A stretch of DNA of 64,000 bases from Chiloscyllium plagiosum (lineage: Eukaryota): the NCBI RefSeq assembly GCF_004010195.1, contig NC_057755.1:5563474-5627473 (forward strand), in the 5' to 3' direction. The translations under genes and the position numbers were made by a program. Every line of letters begins with the position of its first letter. Position 1 is the stretch's first letter. The notes beneath the pieces are model-generated. The model made no database searches, was not told the DNA's origin, and worked only from the letters and a program-made list of their open reading frames with translations. Shown here piece by piece: positions 51,748 through 62,449 of this stretch.

Positions 51748-52568
51748 CACGTTTCCAGCAACACATTTTCAGCTCAGCTCTCCAGCATTTGCAGACCTCA
51801 CTTTCTCCTCAAAAGAAGGAGAAACACCAACGTGACAACACTCATTTTCTAACGGGCTAGAAATGACTCCATCTGAGGAACAAAACGAAATAGACTGGCG
51901 AAATAAAGCCAGTGAAACGAGCTGTCAGCAAGGAGCAACAGTTAGTAGAAAGCAGAACAACAAAAGAAAAAGTTAAAGAGTAATTAGCCATGCACGAAGG
52001 ATACATTCATCTCATGCAATCAGTTCTCAGTGGGTGACACAGATACATAAATAAATGAGCTGGAGGAAAGGATCGTTGTTCACTCCAGGCTCAGAGAGGG
52101 AAATGCAGCGACAGAGTCCTCTCCACTCTTCCCCACTGAATTCACTGTTCTACACATCTCCACAAAAAGGAAAATAAAAGGAAGAGTGTTATGAAGAGTG
52201 AATAATATCCTTGGAAAAAAAATCAGTGTCTTCTGATTGCAACATAATTTTCAACAGTAATGTGCTTCATTTCCATTCCATCCCTTGTATAATTCAATTT
52301 CTTTATTCCTTCCTTTCCATGAAACAGCTGATGGGTTGGTGGGGAATCCAAGCCCAACCAGAGAGACTCCTAGACTCTCTCTCTGGACCTTCCAATTACC
52401 CAGCTCTCCCTTCGATTTAAGATGCTCCTTCAAATCTGCCTCATTTTATAATTTATTATCACCTGACCTAATATCATCTTCGGGGGTTCAACATCAGCTC
52501 TGTTTCATTTGCCATACTACAGATCATTATAAAATGTGATTGGGGATGATGTTGAGTTAAAGTTGACA

Positions 52569-52638
52569 GTGATGGTTTTATTGTGGTGCACAGCTGCCTT
52601 CCAAACAGTTGACCTGGGTTTGATTCCCGGAAATCGCG
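52569..52638 (+). pseudogene. tRNA-Gly(TCC) pseudogene
   Basis: gtgatggttttattgtggtgcacagctgccTTCCAAacagttgacctgggtttgattcccggaaatcgcg aligns to vertebrate tRNA-Gly-TCC (GCGTTGGTGGTATAGTGGTGAGCATAGCTGCCTTCCAAGCAGTTGACCCGGGTTCGATTCCCGGCCAACGCA). The A box, B box and stems are mutated. Confidence 0.8.
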
Positions 52639-53742
52639 AGTTGAGATTTTTTTACATTGATCAATAGGAAACTCCAAAGATTAAAGGAATTTGATCTGTC
52701 TGAAAACATGTACGGCTTTCATGACAAGACAATAACATGTGCGCTAGGAGGAGACAGAATGTGTCTGAATGAAACGATTTACCTGCTGTTTCTCAAACAT
52801 CTCCTCCCTCCCTCTCATCCCACAAATATAACTGTGGCTGCTTTCCCTCTCTGGGGGAAGTTTGCTGCAGGTAGAAGGAGCGTGGAGCTGACTTGATGAG
52901 CTGGGATTTGGGTGGAGAGAGTGTCTTTGAGTGACAGACTTGGGGACATTTCAAACGAGATCTGGCAGCCACTGTCCCTTCCACCATGTGCAATGAGCAG
53001 GGAGTGAGTATCTGTGTAGTTGCGTCTATCTCTGTGTGTGAGTTTGTGGGGAGTGTTTGAATCTCAATCCCAGTTTGATGCTTTAATACCCCCTATTTCC
53101 TCCCTGAATCAGCCTGTCCCACAGCAAGACCTGCAGCAGGGTCTGACCCTAATGGGAAGGAAGGAATGTGAGAGACCATTGAGAGAGCTGGGACCAAGCG
53201 GAATAGGTAGTAGGGCCCATTTACTTTCACCATGTCTTTCCTAAACTCCTTTTTGTACTTGTCTGATATTTCCTTTTCTCTCTCTCTCTATCTCTGACTC
53301 TGTCTTTCTCACTTTCGACATCACTCTCTCTCTCAATCTCCCTTTCTTACTGACAGCCTCTCATTTTGTCTATTACTATCTTATCTGTTCTTCCTCCCTC
53401 GTCTGTGTTCTTTCCAACTCTCTTGCTTTCTTTATTCTTTTCCTCTCACTTTCTTTCTTTCTGTTTTTTCCCCTTCCTCCTTTATTTCTGTCTTGTAATC
53501 CCGAAGCTGCATCCCCCCTCCAATCTAGCACGTTTCTCCTCCATGCTCCACGTCCAATTGCCCTGCCAGGTGTAGTTTCCTCTCACCTGAATGTCCTTCC
53601 ATACACACCCACTACATCTAAAACCCCCTCTGTATCTCCATCCATCCACATCGCCCTTCCACACACACTGTCCCAGGTCCTGGCATGGAGGGCGAAGTGA
53701 GCATGTGCATATACTAACCTCTCTTTTGACTGCCGACCGCGA

Positions 53743-54872
53743 TGTCATTGTTTCAGTGTCATACATCACAGGAGCTGTCCCTTTGTTCCAACTAGTCCAC
53801 GCCGACCAAGTTCCAAAGCTTAACTGGTTTCATCTGCCTGAGCCTGGCGCCTACACTCCCAAATATTACCTATTCACCAAGTGACCCAAATGTCTTTTAA
53901 ACATTGCAACTATATCTGCATCCACCACTTTATCTCAAAGTTCATTCCACACATGAACCACTTTGTGTGCAAAAAAAGTTGTTCTGCATATTATTTCTTA
54001 ATCTTTCTCCACTCACCATAAAATAACGCTCCTCAGTTTATAACTGTCCCACCCTATGGAAAAGACAATTGTCATTCACCTTATCTATGCCCCTCATGAT
54101 TTTATTAACCTCAATTTGGTCAGCCTTCAACCTCTTAACCTTCAGTGATAATAAAAGTCCCAGTCTTTTCAGACTATTTTTGTGCCTCAAATCCTCCATG
54201 CCTGACAACACAGAATCATCGAGTCATAGAGATATATATCATGGAAACAGATTCTACAGTTCAACTCATTCTTTACTAACCAAATATCCTAACCTAATCT
54301 AGTCCCATTTGCCAGCACTTGGCCCATATCCCTCCAAATCCTTCCCATTCATATACACATCCAGATGCCTTTTAAATGTTACAATTGTACCAGCCTCCAC
54401 CACTTCCTCTGACAGCTCATTCAATACATGTACCACTTTCTGAGTGAAAACCTTTCCCCTTAGGTCGCTTTTATCGGTTTCCCTCTCACTCTTCTAGTTC
54501 TGGATGCTCCCTCCCCAGAGAAAACACTTTGTCTACTTATCCTATCCATGCCCCTCATGATTTTATAAACTTCTTTTACGTCAACCCTCAACTTCCGACG
54601 CTCCAGGAAAACAGCCCCAACTTATTCAGCCTCTCCCTGTAGCTCAAATAGTCTAACCCTGGCAACATCCTTGTAAATCGTTTCTGAACCCTTTCAAGTT
54701 TCACCACATCCTTCGGATAGGAAGGAGACCAGAATATTCCAACAGCGGCCGAACTACTGCGACATGACTTCACCGCTGCTGTACTCAATGCTCTGACCAA
54801 TAACGAAAGCATACCAAACACCTTCTTCATTATCCTGTCTACAAGAAACTCTACTTTCAAGGAGGAGTTTTG
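53743..54872 (-). mobile_element. Two stacked CR1 3'-end fragments (about 53743-54210 and 54212-54872)
   Basis: ORF 54588..54875(-) contains FWSPSYPKDVVKLERVQKRFTRMLPGLDYLSYRERLNKLGLFS. Two separate tails and two copies of EVxKIMRGxD..coding sequence are present. Confidence 0.85.
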
Positions 54873-54879
54873 CATGTGT

Positions 54880-57800
54880 CAGGGTTTAAGTTCAAGGCAG
54901 CTTGTAAATAAAGCAAAAAGGAAGGATAACTTTTAGGACATATTACTGGAGACGTTTGAAATCACGAGAATAAGAAAATTAGTATAAAGGCACTTTACCT
55001 GATTGCTTACAGAATTCGTAACAAAGTAGATGAATTAATGGCACAAATCATCGCGATTGATTATGATGTGGGAGGCATCACAGAGATGTGGTTGCATGGG
55101 GTTCAGGACTGGCAGATGAACATCCAAGGATTTACAACTGATCGAAAAGACAGGGAGGTGGGCAAATTGCCTTGTTAGGTCAGAATGATTTTGATTAGAT
55201 TACTTACAGTGTAGATAGAGGCCCTTCGGCCCAACAAGTCCACATCAACCCGCCGAAGCGCAACCCACTCAGACCCACTCCCCTGCATTTACCCCTTCAC
55301 CTAACACTACGGATAATTTAGCATGGTCAATTCTCCATACCTATTTATGGACTGTGGGAGGAAACCGGAGTAGCCGGAGGAAACCCACGCACACATGGGG
55401 AGAATGTGCAAACTCCACACAGTCAGTCGCCTGAGGCGGGAGTTGAACCCGGGTATTTGGCGCTGTGAGGCAGCAGCGCTCACCACCGTGCCGCCCATTT
55501 TAGTTAAATCTATGGCACTGAATGGCACAGGGTCAGATGAGGTGGAGTCTATTTGGGTGGAGTTAAGGAACCACAAAGGCAAAATAATCATAATGGGAAT
55601 TATATACAGACCTCCCAGCAGTGGTCAGGGCCAGGGGCGCAAGATGTACCAGGAAACAGATAAGGCATATCAGAAAGGCCGGGTCACGGTGATCATGGGG
55701 CACTTCAATATACAAATAGACTGGGTGAATAATAGTGGGTCCAAAGAAAAGGAATTCATGGAATGCATACAGGATAGCTTTTTGGAACAGCTTGTGATGG
55801 AGCCCACAAAGCAGCAGGCTATTCTGGACATAGTGCTATGTAATGAGCCAGACTATATAAAAATCGTAAAGTAAGGGAACAATTAGAAGGCAGCGATCAT
55901 AATATGATAGAGTTCATTCTGCAGTTTGAAAGAGAGAAAGTAAAATCTTATATAATGGTGTTCCAGTTACTTAAAGGTAATTACAAGGGCATGAGAGAGG
56001 AACTGAAGAAACGTTACTGGAAGCAGAGCCTCATGGGGAGACAGTCAAGCAACAATGGCAGAATTTTCTGGCTGTAATTGAGGACACAGTACAGGGGTTC
56101 ATCCCAAAGAAAAGAAAGGTTATCCGGGGGGGTGGGGGGAGTTATTAGACAGTCATGGCTGACAAAGGAAGACAGGAAATGTATGAAAGAGAAACAGAGA
56201 GCCTATAAAGTAGCCAAGAGTACTGGGAAATCAGAGGATTGGGAAGACTACATAAACAAACAGAGGATAACAAAGAGAGAAATAAGGAAGAAGATGAACA
56301 AATAGGAAGGTAAAATGGCCAGTAATATTATAAATGATAGTAAAAGTTTCTTTCAATAAATAATAAACAAACGAAAGGCAAAAGTCGAAATTGGGCCACT
56401 ACAAATTGATGCTGGAAGGATAGTGATGGGAGATAAGGAAATAGATGAAGAACTTACTACGTACTTTGTGTCAGTCTTCACGGTGTAAGACATGAGTAAT
56501 ACATCAACAATTAAGGAGAGCCAAGGGACAGAGTAGAGTTTGGTAGCGATTACACAAGAGAAAGTTCGAAAAACGCTAAAAGATCTAAAAACTCAAAATT
56601 CTTCTGATCCCGATGTGCTACGTCCAAGAGTTGTGAGGCAGGTGGCTGAGGAAATAGCGGCGGCGTTGGTTTTAATCTTTCAAAAATTACTGGGGTCAGG
56701 GAAAGTCACAGAAAATTGGGAAATCGCTGTTGCAAGTCCCTTGTTTGGAAAAGCATCAAGACAAAGAATGAAAATTATAGAGCAATTTGCCTAACCTTGG
56801 TTGTAAGTAAAATTCTAGAATCCATCGTTCAGGATGAAATTTCTAAATTCTTGGAAGTGCAGTGCCGGATTAGAACAAGTCAGCATGGAAAAAGTAAGAG
56901 GAGTTCATACCTGACAAACCTGTTAGACTTCTTTGAAGAGGTAACAAGTAGGTTAGACCAGGGAAATGCAGTGCATGTTATCTATCTAGACTTCCAAAAG
57001 GTCTTTGATCAGGTGCTTCACAGGAGTTTGCTGAGTAAGCTGAGGTGTTCGAGGTGAGCTGCTGGCATGTATTGAAGATTGGCTGTCTGACAGAAGGCAG
57101 AAGGTTGGGTTAAAAGTTTCTTTTTCAGAATGGCAGCTGGTGACGTGGGTGTCTTGTAGGGTTCAGTGTTGGGGCCGCATCTGTTCACTTATATATTAGT
57201 GATCTGGGTGAAGGAACTGGGGCCATTATGGCGAAGTTCACTGCTGATACAAAGTCAGGCAGGTAGTACTCAGGAGGTGGGGAGGCTGCAGAAAGATTTC
57301 GAAACTTTTGGAGAATGGTCCAGGAAATGGCTGACGAAATTTAACGCGAGCAAATGCCAGGTTTTGAACTTTGCAATAAAGAATACAGGCATAGACTATT
57401 TTCTAAACAGTGAGAAAATTTGTCAAGCCTAAGTACAAAGGGATCTGGGAGTTCTAGTCCAGGATTGTCTAAAGGTTAACTTGCAGGTTGAGTCCGTGAT
57501 TAAGAAAGCAAATGCAATGTTGTTATTTATCTCAAGATTGTTGGAATATAAAAGAAGCGATGTGCTTCTGAGACTTTATAAATCTCTAGTTAGGTCCCAT
57601 TTAGAATACATTGTCCAGTTTTGGGCCCCACACCTCAGGAAGGACATACTGGCACTGGAGCGTGTCCAGCAGAGATTCACACGGATGATCCTTGGAATGG
57701 TAGGCCCAACATGCGATGAACAGCTGAGGATATGGGATTGTATTCATTAGAGTTTAGAATGTTGAGGGGAGATGTAATAGAAACTTACAAGATCATGCAT

Positions 57801-58133
57801 GGCTTAGAGAGTGTTGGCACTGAGAAGTTTTTTTTCCATTCGGCAGGGAGATTAGGACCCGTGGGCATAGCCTTAAAATTATAGGGTGTCAATTATAGGG
57901 AAGTGAGGAGACATTTCTTCAGCCAGAGAGTGGTGGGCCTGTTGAATTCATTGCCATGGATCGCAATGGAGGCCAGGACGTTAAATGATATTGCAAGGAA
58001 ATTGGGGCTACAGGGAGAGTGCGGGTAAGTGGAGTTTGAATGCCCATCAGCCATGATTAAACAGCGAAGTGTACTCGACGGGCCGAATGGTCTTACTTCC
58101 ATTCCTATATCTTTTGGTGTAATGGTCTTATGG
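54880..58133 (+). mobile_element. CR1 LINE with near-complete but disrupted ORF2 (APE endonuclease and RT) and 3' tail
   Basis: Contains IRNKVDEL..GITEMWL, VESIWVELRN..MGIIYRPP..IMGHFN, EPTKQQAILDIVLCN, SYLTNLLDFFEEVT..IYLDFQKVFD and LVRSHLEYIVQFWAPHL; the tail is ggtcttatgg. Many stops and frameshifts. Confidence 0.95.
55192..55496 (-). mobile_element. HE1/V-SINE-like SINE inserted in the CR1 endonuclease region
   Basis: Minus strand: ggcggcacggtggtgagcgctgctgcctcacagcgcc..gggttcaactccc..gtgtggagtttgcacattctcccc..gggtttcctccgg, ending in a cactgtaagtaatctaatc tail. Confidence 0.9.
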
Positions 58134-58327
58134 CATGTCTCCAACATGAGCTCCTTTATGATTAACTGAGATTCCCCCTCCTCCAATCTGGTGAACAGGA
58201 CGGCTCCCTCACACGACCCTTTCCTCCCTGCCTGACGGGTACATACTTATCAAGGACATGGCATGTCTCCAACATGAGCTCCTTTATGATTAACTGAGAT
58301 TCCCCCTCCTCCAATCTGGTGAACAGG
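58130..58327. repeat. Perfect 70-bp direct repeat (58130-58199 and 58258-58327)
   Basis: atggcatgtctccaacatgagctcc...ccaatctggtgaacagg occurs twice with a 58-bp spacer. Confidence 0.95.
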
Positions 58328-59489
58328 GCCCTGGCTGAACCACTGAAGGAATCAACAAAAGAAGTGATAGGGTTTGGCTGTGAACTTTATAAAAGGTGGC
58401 AGCCACACGGCTCGTAGTTTACTGTTGCCAAATAAATTCTCTGAGTAAAATCGAAGAGCAGATGTCAGACATTTCCGAATGATTAAAAAAAAAAAGAGCA
58501 GGAGTACTTGGGGTTCCAGTTCTCAACTATTGATTGTGAAATTAACAAAGTGAAAGGCATCGAGAACATAGAATTTCTGAATCCTATTTAACCAACGTCT
58601 TTCGCACACATTAGCCCACCACAGGGACAGCAGTCTAGATTTAATCTTCTGGATACATGCTGAGCTTGTGGATGAATTGGCTGGGAGGGAATGTTTTTGA
58701 GACAGTGGCATTAACACATTTACTTTGAGTGTAAATACAGAACAAGACAAATACAACAAGAGTCAAACCTCAATGTTTGTTGCAACCAAATATGATGAAG
58801 CTGAGAGATTACCTGCTAAATTTGAGCCGGATCATGAAGAGAAAATAAGGACTAATCAGTCGGAGGATTTTAAAAGTGAGTTCCTGGGGGGAGACAGAAT
58901 CTAGCCATGACCCAACAACAGAAATCATCATATTTCTAGAGCAAGAACCATACTGGTCACGAAGCACACAGGGCAAGATGGAACAGTAAAAGAAAGATTC
59001 TTACCATGACTAAAAATCCGAAAACTATAGGAAGCCCAAAAGTAAATCTAAATCAATTATAAATTTGGAAAGATCAAGGAAAATTACTAACGGATAAGAT
59101 CGACCAAATAAGAGTGTTACCAGCAGATTAAGACCAAAAAATAATATTGAAAATGATAGGGCTGTCAAAGAATCACGCAAGATGATTGTTGTAAGCCAAT
59201 GTACAATCGCACACAGATACACAATCACAAACCTTGGTAAATCAATTCATAAGTCATTACATTATTTCTCGAATCACTTCGAATCATGTGACTGTGTTTG
59301 TGATTTATTCCATATTGTGGCCAGAAGGCCCATTCAATGTAATTAATTCATGGTGAAAAAAAAATAACCTTAACATGGAGTTACAAAGGATGGACAACGA
59401 TTAAAGTATGCTAGGAAATGCGAACCAACTTTGAATAAAATGACTGTGCTGATCAACATGATGCAGAATGCAGACAGACTGCAACTACC

Positions 59490-59605
59490 AACAGGAGAAA
59501 GTGAGGACTGCAGATGCTGGATAGACAGAGTCAAAAAGTGTGGCACTGAAAGCACAGCAGGTCAGGCAGTATTCAAGGAGCAGAAAAATACGCCCTTCAT
59601 CAGGT
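59490..59605 (-). mobile_element. Degenerate Penelope pLTR fragment with the ribozyme core partly deleted
   Basis: Sequence gagaaagtgaggactgcagatgctgga..agcacagcaggtcaggcag..gcccttcatcagg. Confidence 0.7.
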
Positions 59606-59744
59606 ATCAGACAGATTGCAAACAACCTGGTGGCTGCAGACCCTGCAGTACTCATCTGGATTTGGTGTTGAATGTGACAACAGGACAATCAGAAACATCA
59701 AGGTGAGAACCAGACATGAAAGCACCTTACACCTTGATTTGGAG

Positions 59745-59862
59745 GAGGGGAAGACACAGGGAGAATGTACAAACTCCACACAGGCAGTCACCCGAGGCTG
59801 GATTTAACCTGGTTCCCTCGCACAGTGAGGCAGCAATGCCAATCATTAAGCCACGGTGCCAC
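59745..59862 (-). mobile_element. HE1/V-SINE-like 5' fragment
   Basis: Minus strand: gtggcaccgtggct..gctgcctcact..gtgactgcctgtgtggagtttgtacattctccc. Confidence 0.75.
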
Positions 59863-60258
59863 ACTCTAGACCACCAATCAGTTGGTGAGGTCGTAGGCAC
59901 CCTGCAGAATTTCCTTTGGATACTGGAGTTTCCTGCACAACACTGAGTGCCTCTCGGTTTAATCATTTACTTGGGCAGGCCTCTGGGGCTATAGTTTAAA
60001 CTGAGTTTACCGGTCACTTAGCAGAGGAATATGTTCCAGAACTGATAGACTTTAAACTGGGCGACATTACATGCCAGCACCCTGCTATTTCAGTCAACAT
60101 TGCCCCAGGCTCAGACCACATTCTTGGGGTCGATTATGTGACTCGATTCCATCTTAGCTGCGAAGCAGTGAATGCCTTCATAAGGCAATTGGAACCAGTC
60201 ATTCATGCCCCATCCATCAGCTCAATGGACCATTATGCTAACTGAGTCAGCGCAATAG

Positions 60259-60592
60259 GCATGGCATCGTGGCACGATGGTTAGCACCGCTGCTTCACTA
60301 TACTTGGGTCCTGGGTTCGGTTCCAATCTCAGCCGACTGTCTGCGTGGAGTTTGCACATTCTCCCTGTTTCTGTATGGGTTTCCTCCCACAATCCAAACA
60401 TGTGCAGGCTAGGTGAGTTGGCTGTGGGAAATTGCCCATCGTGTTCAGGCATATATAAATTAGGTGAATGAGTCAAGGGTAACTGGAGAGCAATAGGATC
60501 CGGGAATGCGTCTGGGTGGATTACTATTCAGATGGTCAGTGTGAACGTGTTGGGCTGAAGGACCTGTTTCCACCCTGTTGGGTTTCTATGAT
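60259..60592 (+). mobile_element. HE1/V-SINE-like SINE inserted between the protease and RT
   Basis: Sequence gtggcacgatggttagcaccgctgcttcac..gggttcggttcc..gtctgcgtggagtttgcacattctccc..ttctatga. Confidence 0.88.
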
Positions 60593-60980
60593 AAATTGAG
60601 GGGTTTTGGTTTAACCCTCTGACAATGATCAAGCATCCGGCTATGAAATAGGTCATTGAAATATACAAAGGACTATTTGCCCAGCAGCAACGTGACTGTG
60701 GGTGTATCCCGGGAGAGGTAATAATGGAGAGATCTTATCCGAAATCGCAAACTCAATACAGTTTTTCCAGACGGACAGTGGGGGTGGTAGCCAAGGAGTT
60801 TGACAGTCTGTGACAGCAAGAGTGCTGAGACCTGTAACCTCCACTGATAATGCTTCAATTTGGCTTATCACGAAGCCAGATGGTTCATGGTGTTTAACCA
60901 TCGATTATTGGGAGCTGAATAAATTCCCCCCATCACTGCATCAATAGCCACCAGCCCAGCCACAATAATGAAACAAGGCC

Positions 60981-62449
60981 TCTGCCAGGTGCATAACCTC
61001 AACTATGACACGCAGCTCCTGTCCATCGACCATAACGGTTTGGAGGTCGCCCTAAAGATGCAGCCTGTCTTTTACCAGGACCTGATCACTGTCTGGAATA
61101 TGGTCGAATCGCGCCGCGACTACCCTCCGGCAGGCGTAGCGGCTGTCCTCAGGGAGCTGTTGCTCAGGAATCCACACCTCCCTACTCGCGGGTTCGAGTG
61201 CCTGCCGGAGGGGAGGGCCGTGGCGGCAAGGGTGACCAGGATCGGGGACGTCCTGGGTGCCAGGGGTCTGGGCTGGATGCTACCGTAGGACATAGCGAGC
61301 AGGGCAGCGATAGACGTCCGGTATGTGGATACCGCCATCCTACGCCTTAAAACCGCGTTGCTTGGACCCGACATAGTGCACCAGTTGGAGGACACTCAGG
61401 TGTGCGGTGGGATCCCGTCCGCGCTCACCCCAGCCCGGACGGAATTTCACATTGGCCCCAAGGTCCCGTACTTCCCGCGAGAGGCTGTGCCCCACAACCT
61501 GAGCCGCCTCCGGAATTTAAATTTTGTTGCCTTTCGGGGGTAAAAAGGCAGGCCCTGTATAGACTGCTGCTGCACACCATCCACCTCTTCTCCCTCATCC
61601 ATAGTCCGGACACACCTTGGCGTGCCCATTTGCCACCGGTTGGTGGGGATCCCCAGTGGAGGGCTTTTTACACGGGAGTCCTCCCCCTTTCTCTCGGGGA
61701 TCGGGATGGAGTGTGCTGCAAATACCGGTCCCCTGCAAGCGCAGATTGCGGTGTTTCACGGACTCCCAGCCCAACTGCTTATGCTGTGGCGCTGTGGAGT
61801 CCGTGAACCACGTGTATATTGGGTGTGGGCGTTTGCACTCCCTTTTTCATTTTCTTATAAACCTCCTCTGCTTTTGGTTGCACTTCAGTCCCACGCTCCT
61901 GATCTTCGGGCACACGGTACGGAGGAGGGAGGGCAGGTCTGAAGAACTCCTCGTGGGTCTGCTCCTGAGCCTGGCCAAACTGGCCATCAACAGTTCGAGG
62001 CAGCGTGCCGTGGAGGGGGTCGTTCCGGCCGGCTGCCTGCTCCTCTTCCGCGGTTACGTTAGGGCCCAGGTGTCCTTGGAGAAGGAGCACGCGGTGTCCA
62101 CCAACACCCTGGAGTTGTTCAGGGAGAGGTGGGCGCCGCAGGGAATGGAGTGCATTACTTCCTCCTCCAACTCTATCTTTATTTAGTCCCTGCCCTCCCC
62201 TTCACTGTTTGATCACACATCATTGCTCTTTGATGTGAAGGGCACTTCTTGTCACTGGCCACCCGGGTGTTTTCCTATCTTTCTGGTGGTGGAAAATGAA
62301 TAAAGATTCATGCACTTTGTGTCTGTTACTGTATCACACACCTGCACACACACACATCATGTGTGCTGGGAGAAAAAATAAGCACTACCGCAATTAGGCA
62401 GTAGTGTGCTGGTAAGTAAAAGAAAAAAAAGAAAAAAACAAGAAAAAAA
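60981..62449 (+). mobile_element. 5'-truncated Tx1-clade LINE (ORF2 C-terminus with zinc finger, 3' UTR, A-rich tail)
   Basis: Contains PVFYQDLITVWNMV and PNCLCCGAVESVNHVYIGCGRL (CCHC, zf-RVT-like), and LLLSLAKLAI..FRERWAP. AATAAA at about 62299 and 62377, A-rich tail at 62418-62449, probable 11-bp TSD. Confidence 0.9.

Noticed and set aside
58130..58327. Repeat-spacer-repeat pattern as a CRISPR-like array
   Set aside because: Only two 70-bp units, in a vertebrate context with no cas genes.
58500..59480. Candidate gag between the LTR-like segment and the protease
   Set aside because: No zinc knuckle, major homology region or sustained plus-strand reading frame was visible.
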